64,000 bases of DNA, taken from Eutreptiella sp. 'Long Island Sound 2002'. Its lineage: Eukaryota > Protista > Euglenida. A program made the translations under genes and the position numbers. The stretch covers positions 150,846,001 through 150,910,000 of the forward strand of contig OZ038378.1 in NCBI GenBank assembly GCA_964036045.1, in the 5' to 3' direction. Shown here piece by piece: positions 1-11,993 of this stretch; position 1 is the first letter of the stretch, and the number at the start of each line of letters is the position of its first letter. Under the pieces are notes generated by a model. It was not told the origin of the DNA. It did no database searches and saw nothing but the letters and a program-made list of their open reading frames with translations.

Positions 1-175
1 CTTGTGCCCAATGTCCTTGCTTGCCGCAGAGAATGCACACTTTCTTTTTCTTTTCGGAACCCGATGTTTGGCCCTTTTGCTTCTTCTTCTTATAGCACTC
101 CGAGTCTTTGTGTCCCTTCATTTTGCAAAAGGAGCAATATCCACTTTTCTTGTCGTTGCTTTTCCGAGTTGGCAT
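1..175 (-). CDS. 5'-part of a gag-like ORF with two CCHC zinc knuckles; runs off the window start
   Basis: Manual translation from ATG at 175 (-): MPTRKSNDKKSGY-CSFCKMKGHKDSEC-YKKKKQKGQTSGSEKKKKV-CILCGKQGHWAQ. First knuckle is a full C-x2-C-x4-H-x4-C. Not in the supplied ORF track. Confidence 0.75.
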   Translation of the reverse strand, partial: MPTRKSNDKKSGYCSFCKMKGHKDSECYKKKKQKGQTSGSEKKKKVCILCGKQGHWAQ

Positions 176-3100
176 GACGTAAAGGTTGAACTCAAAATGT
201 CTTAGAGTTGAGAGAGTAAGTTAATGAAATGAGAATCGCACAATGATCTTGTGAACGTTGCGGTACTCGTGTTGAATTTCCAAATGGCAACTACGAGGCG
301 TGCAAGTTTTATTGAACTTAATTTCTCAATTTGGGGCAAATGCATCCACGACAGGGTATCAAGGGGGAGGCTGCCACTCGTGGGACGTTCCGCAAAATAC
401 CCCGGAAAATGGGGCTCCGCTAAACGATGTCGCGCTAAAATCGATCCCCCACCAGGCTGCAGGAGGATCCATTTCAGCAAGCAATCATTATGTTGAGTAA
501 TCTTCACCCTAACCCTAGCCCTTTTAATATTGGCGATTCCTAAGTCATCAGCCTGGGGCAGCCGAACCGGATCGAGGGACGGCTGTGTATCTCAAATCTT
601 AGAGTTGTAATGAACAAGGATCCTATGAAATAATTCAGACCAGAAGGATTCCAGTATTCACCGTGTTGTTTTTGTGCAGGGCTGTAGGGCTGTCGCGTTC
701 GTGCCTGGCATTAACCGAAAACGCGGTTCCGAAACTGCTGAGATGGAGCTCCCCTCTGCCTAGGCAAGGTTAGGGAGTGAGACACCTGGTTTGGAACTTA
801 GTTTGCGAGTTCTACAAAATCATCCCAAGAGGTTGACTTTGAAAGGATGCAAAAATTCGGCGCCTTCGGTTCGACGCTTGGATGCATGTCAAACTTCGGC
901 TACCAAAGGCCACTATGAAGTTTAGTTAGTGCCTTGTGTTGCCATGTTCCGTGTCTGCAACATGTGTCGCTCGGTCTGTTTGCTTCGAATTTTTCTCAGT
1001 ATCTATTACGGCGCTGCCCCTCACATGCCAGATGTGGTCGTATGTTGCAAAGTGGCCATGTAGGAGCGTATAAACTCTCATAGTCTATCGTCTTAAGTCC
1101 CGCGCGTTGCCATTGCTTGTCCAATGAAGGAGATCAACATATCCAACCATTGCATCCCCAAACGGTTTTATTAACTCAATCCATCATTCATCGTTTTCAT
1201 CTTTTTCATCTTTTTCATTTTGCTCATCTAAGATTGGTCCTACCACACGATACAATCTACAGATACCATATGTGGTTTTTTCCACATGATTACTGTCCAC
1301 GCAACACCGTAATAATACAATGAACAAGAGCCAATCTATACCATAGATATGGTTTTCGTTCTCTTCTTTTCTTTTCCTCCCCTCCCAACGCCCCTCTACT
1401 TGGCCACTCGTTTTATGCCCTTGGTGGTCGGACCTAATCATTGATCCTATGCTCCATCTTTTTGGAGAGTCTCCCCGAGGCCAATCAATATTGGCTTGCT
1501 TTGTACTTAGTTACACACACGCATAGAATGAAAGCACATTATATGCCGGAGAGACTGCATGGGCTCACTGAACACAACATGCTTCCATGGTGGCCATTGG
1601 GTCACACCACCCCAAGGGCTTCAGGGCTGTATGGCATGTGTTGGGTCGACAGCGTAGAATGTTTCGTGATGACTTGGTGACCATGGAAGGGCTAACTAGA
1701 GAGCAAGTCGAGAGCCCGTGGGGTAAGGCAAAATGGCCTTGCATGCAACCTCCAAAGTCATGGAGTTAGCAGTTGCGGCCTTAATTGTCACGGTGGCTTC
1801 ATGAACGGGCTCCCCAACTCTCATCGCCCATCGTCTTAAGGTCTGCGCGTTGCCATTGCTTTTTTTTTTAAGGCATGGCGGTCCCCCGCCGAAAGCATTG
1901 CACCAAAGCGGCCTGACCACGGGCAGAGCGTTCATGGCGAGCCGAAGTTCACCAAAGACAGAGGCTATTGTACACAAAATTTCACACCCAGGGTGCTTAG
2001 AGCACTGCACTGCTGCACCATAGGCCTCGGGAGGGTGTGGGTGCACAATAGAATGCCGAGGCAAGCAGTGTGCAATGGGATAGGTGCACTGATGCACTCC
2101 GAGAAAAAAAAATAGAAACGCATATAAAACGGAGAAAGCGCAGCAGTGAGTGGATATATGAAGGACTGATTCAGTCCAGTGGAGCAGGCAGAACTGACCG
2201 GGCACAACAAAAACACTGGTGCACTCGGGGAGAAAAAAATAGAGAGGAGCACGAAAAATTCCGACGGTCCAGCAGTGAAACAAGGTAAGGGGGGCTGAAA
2301 CAGACCGCTGGGCAGGCAAAATTAAAGGCGCGACGTGGGGGGCTGGCTGGGGGGCAGGGGGAAATGAGGGGGGGGGTGATGTGAAGAAGGATGCAGGTTG
2401 TGTGTTGGGGGGGAAAGTTGGGTGTGTGAGAGAGGAGTCTGGTAGCAGGTAATTGGAGACATGTGACTGGAGACAGGTGGCCTTGTGACAGGCAACTGAA
2501 GACCGGAGGGTAACAGTGGTCTGGGGCTGGTATGAGCCATCAGGAGAGCAGCGGCGGGGGTCTGGGGCAAGGATGGTGAGGTCTGGTATGTTGAAGGAGG
2601 TGTCAGGAAATAGAGGATGAGACTCGGTCGAAAGGGGGCAGGAGGCAGGTGTTGGGGGGAGGGGGCCGGAATGTGAAGGGTGAACGATGGTGCGTGAGCA
2701 TTGGCAGTTGCCTGGGGGGGGAGGCGCAGGCGCGCGTGGTGCCTGAGAAGGAGTCCAGACATCGGGGGCAGCTGTCTGGAGAGTGAGGGGCGTTGCCATT
2801 GCTTGTCCAATAAAGGAGAAATATGATGAAACGTGTGTCCGTCTTTTTAGAAGTGCCCCCTGCCTCGCCCTGCCCCTGTACCCGTTGGTTGGGTATCCGA
2901 GGAGTAGGTACTATATACGGGCACGCTATGTTTAGAGACCCTGACGTCCGCCGTTCTGTGGTGCCACACTGCTCTGTGGATGTTTACCAGCAGAACTTGA
3001 AGAATGCCACGATACCGTCGTTTAAGAGCTTTAAGAAGGCCCTTGCGCGTAGCCTGCAATGCCTTCAATCCACGCTGCCTAATCGCAGGCGCTAGGCGTC

Positions 3101-3360
3101 CTGCTGTCTGGCAAGTGCGTTGGAAGACGTGGTTGGACAATTTTACACCTCTGTTGCGCGCACGTTCCCGAAACGCCTCTATGAGCCTGCTCTGAAGGCG
3201 GCGGGTGCAAAGCTTCCTGCAGAGCTTGTGTTTGGCGTTTGATAAGGGCACAGAGGTACCTATCTTCATCTGCGTCAATTGCTGGCGCGAAGTCCACCGT
3301 CGCATTTTCCTTGACACCCCCCGTTATAAGGAATCATTACGGTGTGCGGACGCGCGCGAC

Positions 3361-3565
3361 GGAGCTTACCCCGGCGGCGGGGGGGGGGGGGGGGGCGAGA
3401 GGGCCGTGCCGTGCCACGGTGCCGCCACTGTGTTGTGTTGTGTGAGGGTGATCGGCACTTGCGTCACCTGTGTCACCATGACACGGAGGGGGGGTGGGGA
3501 GGGGGGGAGGGGGGGGGGGCATCTGAAAGTGTGCCGCGGCACGTGCCGTGACATGGGTAAGCTCC
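3361..3565. mobile_element. 205-bp MITE, TIR GGAGCTTACCC, 3-bp TSD GAC
   Basis: Perfect 11-bp TIR; GAC at 3358-3360 and 3566-3568. The empty site is visible in the paralog at ~22385 (GCGCGACACTCGG). Confidence 0.9.
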
Positions 3566-4291
3566 GACGCTCGGTTTTTGCTGCTTTGGCGGCTAGCGGA
3601 TACACTCTCCTTGAGATTCTTTGGTTAAGTACTGTTCTTTCTCCATCCAACATGCTACCTGTCCCCTCCTTGGTGCCGCTGCCACCCAGTGTGCGTGCAT
3701 GCACGGTCGCTGTCGACCATCTGCCGCTTGTAAATCACTTTATGCTCCGCTACTGGCCACTGCATGCTCCAAACTGAAGAAATTAGGACCGGGTTTTTGG
3801 GCACGGGACCTTGCTACTGCACCCCACCTGCATGACTTGCTCTCCCCCTCTGTCCTTGTGCGACGTGTGCGGAGCACCCTCCGGTCTTGTCCTGATTCTT
3901 TTCAGCCTATGGATGGGCCAAGTGTTTCCACGCCGCCCGCTGATGGCCCTGCCAGTTCTGTGGACTTCCCAAAGGCGCCGGCGAATGCACTCCCTGAGTT
4001 TTTTTTGGGAGTCCTGCCTCGCGTGTGCCACGCCGCAAGGTTAGGCGTGTAGCATGTGGGCGGGCTCAGCGCTGTCGACCACCGCGCGCGGGTGAACGCG
4101 TGTCCACCTCTGTGGCGGGTGCCCACCAATGCCTGACTAGGCACGGCCCAGCTTGCCAGGCTGGGTCAGAATGCCCCCCTAGTTCCTCGGTGCGAGTGGG
4201 ATGCGCTGTTCTAGGGCGTGGTGCGGAACCCCCCCAATTTTGGGGGTTGTTAATATGGTTGGAACCCGGACTTTCACATGTTACATGAGTG

Positions 4292-4294
<3 letters not shown>

Positions 4295-4335
<41 letters not shown>
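4295..4335. repeat. (TA)n microsatellite in the TxA left end
   Basis: About 20 TA units; absent at the equivalent position in the other left ends (~11200, ~26040). Confidence 0.95.
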
Positions 4336-4342
<7 letters not shown>

Positions 4343-4444
4343 CATAGTGCACATTGGTGCACTATGATGCAACAATGTGCCTTGCATGTCTCGTTTGCTC
4401 GATATTGCCCATTTTGCACTTTTTTGCGATTTGGTCTTTTTGTG

Positions 4445-4592
4445 CTCTAACTAGTTAGAACGGGGTTACAGCACTAGTTATCACGTGGGTTATCGCGCTA
4501 GTTATCACGCGATATCTAGTTATCGCGCGAGTTATCGCGCAGGTTATTGCGCCTCATTTTCTCTTGTTCCATGTTTCCCCTCTTCGCTTTAG
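4445..4592 (+). promoter_or_regulatory. GTTATCGCG / CTCTAACTAG motif array ending in a polypyrimidine tract and AG (putative trans-splice acceptor of cargo gene 1)
   Basis: Multiple GTTATC(A/G)CG copies, then TTTTCTCTTGTTCCATGTTTCCCCTCTTCGCTTTAG (AG 4591-4592), then ATG at 4610. Same layout at ~26105-26235 and ~11030-11115 (-). Confidence 0.65.
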
Positions 4593-5899
4593 CTCTCAAA
4601 TAATCTACAATGGCCCTTGCTGTAAGGGGAAGGGGAAGTCGGATGGTTGGTTCCCCCAACCCCTCACCCACAACACCCGCCGGGTCTGCAGTGACGACCC
4701 CGAAACCAAGCTCCCCATGCACTCACTTTGCCCCAAAAGGGAGGGGGAGCGTGAGTGGTATGGGATCACCACTCCCAACATTATTTCGGGGCAGGGGGTG
4801 ATCCTTTTTCCTTTTGGGGCAACACCCCCCCTTATTGGGGAGGCGGAGGAAGTGGTTGCGGCAGAGCCCGTGGGCCTTTAATAGGGATCCAAATGATCTT
4901 GTGGTCACCACCGGGGAAAGGTTGGTGGTGAACCACTTGATCGAGCACGAGTTTTTGAGTGTTGTGCAGCTGGACAGTCTTTTGGAAGATCTTGATAGGG
5001 TGCCTGTCTCAGAGAAGGCACCCATTTTCAATGAGAACCCCCCCATTGTGGGCAGGCCCCAAGATTCAGGGACCCGTCGCACAGTGTATGGCAACTATGG
5101 GGGCCCCAACCACCACAAGCACAACCCCCACCAGCTCCATAATCTGCCGGTCCTCAAAAGTCTAAGGGTCGCAAATCATGTGCTTGAGACTGCGAAGAAG
5201 AGTGTGGTGGGGGGGGTTGGGTGGAGCTGCACCATATTCTTGACATGGCCGAAATTTTGAGCTATGACCACACCCCGCAGCACCTCCATCGCGATCCCCC
5301 CCCCTACATTGTGCCTGAAGGCACATTGATTGTCAATTGCCTCATTATGCTTACGCATAATCATGAGGCCGAGGATGGGTCGCATTTTCTTTTTGTGCCC
5401 TCTAGTAGTTCGGGGTTCCTTGACCCTCGGGTGGAGAGGGTTGAGCCATTCAAGAGGGGCACTGCCTTTTTTTTCAATGCACTTGATGTTCACCGGGGTC
5501 GGGAACTCCAAAGGCCTCGCCCACTGGTGTGACCCATCCGCGGCTCATGGCATTCTTTGTAATTGAGCTAATAGGATGCAGCGTTCTAGGGCGTTTAAAT
5601 TGTGCAGAACCCCTAGTTAGAGCACAATTTCCAGAACACCCACCTAGCCTCAATTTTGGGGCAAACCACCTAGAAAAACGGATTCGGCACCCTGAAAAAA
5701 CCCCCCATCCTCTTTCTTTCCCCACACAACCCGCATCGTAGGGGTGGTTTTGGGGGGGGGGGTCAAAGAGTTAGAGCAGAGTTAGAACAGAGTTAGAACA
5801 CAGTTGGAGCACCTTGCTCTAACTGGTTAGAGCACTGGTTATCGCGCGATAACTAAGTTGTCGCGCAGTTATCGCGGGTATTTATCGTGCACCCCTCCT

Positions 5900-7210
5900 G
5901 ATGACCTGCTGGGATTTCTGTTTCCCAGATTGAATTCCCGTTTGTTGTGTCGTGTATATGTAAGAAGAGTGCAAGTGTTAGGATGAGACAAGAGAAACCG
6001 ACCCCTGAATGAAGGTAAGACCGTAGGCAAAATCATAAACTCATGGCATATGGGGACACGAAATTGCTCGCTTACAGTCACAGGTTATATGGCCGTCTTT
6101 TGAGAACATTGCTCGTCTTGTGCTCTCGTCAGTAGTAGTACTGCAGCTTCTACGTAGCCGCTCGTTTCCCGCGGCCTTCAACCTAGAAGTTTAATCCGAC
6201 ACGTCAGCACCAAAGGCTCACCACAGGAAGCGCAAACGTACACAGGACCCCCCCCCCCCTGCAACGAAAAAGCGCCGCACCAACCCCCACCCGCCCACAC
6301 AGCACCTACGGCGCCCCAGGTCAGCGTCCCAGTCCACAGAGAAACGGAAGCGTACCAAGCCCCAGTCCCCCCGACCCCCCACGCCTGAACCCCCCTCCCC
6401 CCCCCCCACCAGCACCCCCGGAGTCCCTGCAGCGCCCACCGAAGAAGCGCCTTGTCGAGCGCGCGTGCCGAGAATACCAACTGCCCCCCCCTCCAGAATC
6501 CCCGAGGTCGCCGATGTGCTCGGACTCCTCCATCTCCCCGCCCCCATCGCCACAGCGCACCCACAGCCCTGAGGTACCAACTGTGCTGGCCCCTCTGGGG
6601 CCACATGCAGACAGCCACCACAGGTCCATAGTTCAGGAATGGTGGCGACAAGAGATCGCACCGTGGAAGGCGCTCATCCTTGGACGCCAATACGCCGCAC
6701 AATATGATCAAATGTCCACAGAAAACAGGTGGTTGTACGAGAAATACAGGTATGATGTACATTTCCATTAGGGTACAGACACTGCCCCCCCACCCAGGAG
6801 ATGTGGGCAGACGGCATTCTGCACTTGGGCACCGCAGCAGCCCAGCACTGGTTCTTCCAGCAGGAAATGAAGGAGTTCTGTGATGCCTCCAGCAGCGATG
6901 ATCTGTGATTAGCCATCTCCCATGTCTCACCGTGAGATAAATCCTGACCCACCACAGGTGGGTCATTGACATGACGTGCTGGGATTTCTGTTTCCCAGAT
7001 TGATTTCCCGTTTGTTGTGTCGTGTATATGTAAGAAGAGTGCAAGTGTTAGGACGGGACAAGAGAAACCAACCCCTGAATGAAGGTAAGACCGTAGGCAA
7101 AATCATGAACTATGGCATATGGGGACACGAAATTGCTCGCTTACACTCACAGGTTATACGGCCGTCTTTTGAGAACATTGCTCGTCTTGTGCTCTCGTCA
7201 GTAGTAGTAG
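5900..7210 (+). mobile_element. Retroelement-like insert bounded by ~240-bp direct repeats (5901-6140, 6971-7210) ending in (GTA)n; probable TSD TCCT
   Basis: Near-identical direct repeats; TCCT on both sides; removal restores the TxA right-end sequence (cf. 15900-15930). No recognisable domain inside. Confidence 0.6.
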
Positions 7211-7274
7211 TCCTCCATCCCTCACTAGGACAAACAACACAAAACACTTGGCACAAAGCATTTGTGGTCTTTCT

Positions 7275-9687
7275 TCATACAAAGTCGTCAATGTCTGAGG
7301 CCTTGGCTGCCTCCAGTCCCAAATACCCTTGCTCCAGGGCGTTCATGGACATGCAATGGTGCATGTGGCGGAGGGACATACTTGGCCTCACCAAGGACGA
7401 ACCCTTGAAACAATTTTTGAGCCTTCTTTTGTAAGGCCCATGCCTATACTCCGTTGGGATGGAGGAAAACTGAAAAATGTTCCTCCATTTCTCAAAGTGG
7501 AATGTGCCAAGCACCAATGCATGGATCCACCTGGTGGGAGACCAACCTGAGTCTCTCCAAGCTTTTGAAAATTTTGTGGTCAACACACGGTGGCGTTCCA
7601 CTTGGGTTAGAGTGTACATCTCCCTCACCCTCCAAAGCTCATACAAACCCTCAATGCATTATACCATGACATGCACAACAACCCATAACGGAGATCCACC
7701 AGGGCTCCTCACTGTGGGGACATGATCTTTGGGACAATCCAAAAATTGCCTTTGGTACGGGGGGGGTTTAGGAAAACTTTGGTGCTTGTAAGATCAAAAT
7801 CTTTTTCCTTGGCCCTTGGGGCCGAGGGGAGACGTTCCCTGAGAGGGATGCCTGAGGTCTGATCCTTCAGGGTTTGTTTGAAGGCCTGCAAAGGTGCAAG
7901 AGCTTGGGCCTTACCAAGGGTACCAGGGGGGAGGGCCTGAACGGTGATCTCCGTCCCCTTTGCAATGCCATTTAGAATGCGGCATGCTTCATGCTGGTAG
8001 TCCCCCGGCCGTCTATCAGGGGACACACATCTCAAAAATGCCCCCCATCTTGAGGTGGACGCCACCCCCATTTGCTCAACAATACCATTGGGGTCTTTGC
8101 ACAACCAGCACTTAGACCCAGCCCCCCCATTGCTTGCATCCCCTTCCCATCCCCCGTCAAAATAACAATGCAAGTCAAAAATTGGTTTTGAAAGAGGACA
8201 ATGTCCTCCTCCACATCCCTCACCTCTTGGTTGAGGTTGGCGGAGATGTCCAGGCTTCTCAAAAAAGCCTGTTCATCCCCGCCATCCACGCAAAACCATG
8301 AGGCCCATAGCTTCACCTTCGAAGCATAGGAGCTGCACCAGGTAGGGGGGGGGGAGGGGGGGGGGAGGGGGGGGGTTTTCGGCTGGCCGCCCAGCCCGCA
8401 CCAGCCAGCCACGTAGCTAGCCACCTAGCCAACCACCATTGCTTTGTACATGCATGTCCGCCTCACCACCCTTGCTCTCAAGATCTCAAGATGATGTCAC
8501 CGATCCATGGAGTGTGTGGTAAAATTGTGTGGTAAAACAAAACATGGTGCATGATGGTGCATGATGACATGCCTGTTTCCCATGACAAGGATCAAGCTCA
8601 CGATGTTCCGACCCAAAAGCTGTATGACTTTGTGTTGGGTTACATGTCGCGGAATCAAGAGTTGGAGACGTAACTGTTTTTTGGAAAGGTGCCTTGGGAT
8701 ATGTATTGCAATATGGATGGTATATATTTCAGATTGAGGACAATTGTGTACTCTGAGGTTTACATCAGCAACAACAACATTTGCAGTTGAGCATACGTCT
8801 AATGCGGTGATTCTATGTGGTCTTTATGGGAGGTTCCGAAGGCAAGGCAACTTGGAGTATGAGGTAAGGGTTTTCTTGAAAGGTGGCCGACCCCCCCACC
8901 CTTGCAAACCCATCCCCATACCCATACCATGCATGAGAAGAGGCGGTACAATGGTGCACTACGTATTTTCGCTGTTTTCCGGGGGCACGCCAGCCAGCCA
9001 GCCAGCCAGCCGGGGGGGGGGGGGTTTCCAAAGCCTCCCAGCCACCCAGCCGCGGCTAGGCGCAGCTCCATACTTTGCCCCCCCCCCCCCCATACACTGA
9101 CCCATACATCCGCACGGGTTGAGGATGCCTTCCACAAGGAAGTCGCATCAACTGAAATGACAACAATGGCAACGCCACTATGGGGTGATAGGGGGGGGTT
9201 TCCCAATAACTCGGGCCATAGATATTGCATTATGCACAATTGACTGCTAAGGCACATGGGCAGCTACCCTACTGCGGCCTGTGGTAGACTTTACAATGGT
9301 TGCTTGGGGAAAGTAGGGCATGACCCGTTGCCGAACGGTCCTTAGGTCCCATTGGGTACAACGGCGGGGCATTCGCAAAAGGGCCCGCTGGTAAAGATGC
9401 ATGCTGCATGCCATGCGTAGCATGCTCAGGGCGTCATGCTCCTGAGCTGTGAATGCAAGATGGCCACCAAGTGGGGCAGACAGGGCAATGCACGACCCAC
9501 CACTTAAACAAACTTCTCCTTTGGTGTTGGTGCCACACACAATGTTGGGATCCCCCAATAGAACTCGCATCAGCCGCTGAACACCTTTCAACCGCCGCCG
9601 CTGGGCCTTGGGGCGTTGCAAATCGGTGCACCGCCGCGGGTTAGCTGAATTCAGAGCTCTTAGGGCCTCATTGACAGCATTATCCAT
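7275..9687 (-). pseudogene. TxA DDE transposase, RAG1/Transib-like (copy 2; split by MITE 8329-9069; frameshifted)
   Basis: IVVISVDATSLW (D1); ILTGDGKGMQAMGG-AGSKCWLC (D2 at 8149-8151, CxxC); GDYQHEACR; TRWIH...SSIPTEYRH (E at 7449-7451). Confidence 0.8.
8329..9069. mobile_element. 741-bp MITE, TIR GGAGCTGC(A/G)CC, 3-bp TSD ATA, (GCCA)n subterminal repeats
   Basis: ATA at 8326-8328 and 9070-9072. The empty site (GCAAAATATGCTTCG) is at ~41889-41903. Confidence 0.88.
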
Positions 9688-9706
9688 GAAGAATAAGGGC
9701 CTTGGG

Positions 9707-11005
9707 TTAGCTCAATTGCAAGAATGCCATGAGGCGAGGATGGGTCACACCAGTGGGCAAGGCCTTTGGAATGCCCAACTCCCGGTGAACATCAAGGGCT
9801 TTAAAAAAAAAGGCAGTGCCCCTCTTGAATGGCACAGCCCTCTCCACCCAAGGGTCAGAGAAACCCCGAACTACTAGAGGGCACAAAAGGAAAATGCGAC
9901 CTATCCTCGGCCTCATGATTATGGTTGAGCATAATGAGGCAATCAATGTGCCTTCAGGAATGGTGTAGGGGGGGTATCGTGATGGAGGTGCTGCGGGGTG
10001 TGGTCATAGCTCGAAATTTCGGCCATGTCCAGGACGGTGCATCTCCACCCAACCCCACCCCACCACACTCTTCTTCGCAGTCTCAAGCATACGATCTGCG
10101 TCCCTTTTGAGGACTGGCAGATTATGGAGCTTGCGGGGGTTGTGCTTGTGGTGGTTGGCACCCCCATAGTTGCCATACACTGTGCGGCGGGTCCTTGAAT
10201 CTTGGGGCCTGCCCACAATGGGGGGGTTCTCATTGAAAATGGGTGCCTTCTCTGGGAGAGGCACCCTATCCAGATCTTCCAAAAGACTGTCCAGTTGCAC
10301 AGGACTCAAACACTCGTGCTCGATCAGGTGGTTCACCACGAGCCTTTCCCTGGTGGTGACCACAAGATCATTGGGGTCCCTGTTAAATGCCCCCAAGGGC
10401 TGGGCGGCAACCACCTCCTCCGCCTCCCCAATAAGGGGGGCTGTTGCCCCAAAAGGAAAAAGGATCACCCCCTGCCCCGAAATAATGTTGGGAGTGGTCA
10501 CCCCGTACCACTCACGCTCCCACTCCCTTGTGGGGCAAAGGGAGTGCATGGGGAGCTTGGTTTCGGGGTCGTCAGTGCAGACCCGGCGGGTGTTGTGGGT
10601 GAGGGGTTGGGGGAACCAACCATCCGACTTCCCCTTCCCCTTAACAGATCGGATCCTTACCTTCTGGACACTAATTATGAAGGGGTTGTGCGGCTTGTCC
10701 TTCCCCGTCCCAGACCCCACCTCCACCACCTCCTCCACTTCCTCCTCCATTTCCTCCTCCACTTCCTCCTCTTCCTTTTGACCCACATAGAGGGTCGTCT
10801 TCGTCCCCGCACGCTTCTCGGCATGGGTGGTGACGGACTCCACCACCGCGTCCACATCCTCCGGATGAAGCTGGATCAAAAATCCAGCAACCCCTGGATT
10901 TACCTCTAGCAACTCGAAGATGTAGTTGCTGATAACCAGGGGGCGACGGACCCCAAGGAGCTTTTGATGGTGCTCGCACCAAGCGTGGGTAGCAGCAAGG
11001 GCCAT
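9707..11005 (-). pseudogene. TxA cargo gene 1, copy 2 (best-preserved N-terminus + PhyH-like 2OG-Fe(II) domain)
   Basis: ORF 10004-11044, likely start MALAATH at 11005 after a polypyrimidine-AG; acidic tract. Frameshifted continuation contains QHLHHD and KRGTAFFFKALDVHR..HPRLMAF. Confidence 0.75.
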
Positions 11006-11993
11006 TGTAGAGTATTTGAGAGCTAAAGCGAAGAGGGGAAACATGGAACAAGAGAAAATGAAGCGCGATAACCCACGCGATAACTAGTGGTGTAACCCCG
11101 TTCTAACTAGTTAGAGCACAAAAAGACCAAATCGCAAAAAGTGCAAAACGGGCAATATCGAGCAAACGAAACATGCAAGGCACATTGTTGCATCATAGTG
11201 CACCCATGTAACATGTGAAATTCCGGGTTCCAACCATATTAACAACACCCAAAATTGTGGGGGTTCCGCACCACGCCCTAGAACAACGCATCCCAAACCC
11301 CAGGTCCTAATCTTCGATCCCCTAACCTTCATGTCACCCGGTCCATCAAGCGGCCCCAGCTGGGGGCACCTGGGGGCCGGGTGGCCAAGACCGTCCCTTG
11401 TGAGGGGGCGGTTAGGTTTAGAGGGAAGGTTGTAGCCAAGTGCTACGGCTGCGACCGGGCGGCTTTGTGCGCCGCCCACAAAGATGGTCTTTGTGTGCCA
11501 TGCCAGGAGGGGGAGGAGCTAGAGGCGGGGGAGGAGGAGGAGGTGGTGGAGGACCCCAATGGGGTCGGCATTGAACAATGTGCTCAATGCTTGCTCCCGG
11601 TGGGAACAACCACCGAGAATTTTTTGTTGTCGGGGTGGGTGGGAGGTGGTTGCCCCCCTCACCACTGAGGAGATGGGGGGGGTCGCAGGCCACCCCGATC
11701 AGTGCCCCTTGGCCAAGGTGTGCCATGGGGAGGCACTGCCGTGGCCCACCTTGCAAGGGCATGTTGGGATTAAGGTGCCCCGGGGCACCATTTTGGTGGT
11801 GAGGAAGGGAATGCATGGAGGAGTGGTAAGGGTCGCCCTTGAGCTCGAGGGGGTGGCCCAGGTGGTGGAGTGGAGGCAAGTGGGGAAGTATGCAGCCGTC
11901 ACGGATTTCGTCTTGCTGCGGAGGATAAACTTGGTGCTGGACGACCCAAGAAGGAGGCGGGCAAAGGCATGTGCCCATGTCACTAGGTGTGAA

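Larger units (their letters stand above)
5572..11295 (-). mobile_element. TxA copy 2, inverted and nested inside copy 1; internal-deletion derivative (gene 1 dioxygenase part + transposase); TSD AA
   Basis: TAGGATG at 5572 and CATCCCA ending at 11295; AA at 5570-5571 and 11296-11297. Flanks rejoin as GAGCTAACCC, the uninterrupted sequence at ~34794. Confidence 0.9.

Noticed and set aside
1587-1769. PKGFRAVWHV..GLTREQVES as a transposase C-terminal H..H..E motif
   Set aside because: The first His is missing, no upstream D motifs or TIRs were found, and the match is too short.
1696-2799. 367-aa minus-strand ORF, and the similar 6178-7044 ORF, as real genes
   Set aside because: Low-complexity Pro/Gly text from G/C runs, no recognisable motif. 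Many other ORF-track calls are shadow frames of the elements described.
4445-4555. GTTATCGCG, CTGCGGCTACGG or CGAAATT arrays as CRISPR arrays
   Set aside because: Repeats are short and degenerate with irregular few-nt spacing, no unique spacers and no cas genes, in a eukaryotic context.
6075-6140. Minus-strand CTGACGA...AAAA..ACGGCCGT as a minimal hammerhead
   Set aside because: Both repeat copies have AAAAG rather than GAAAC, and stem I cannot form.
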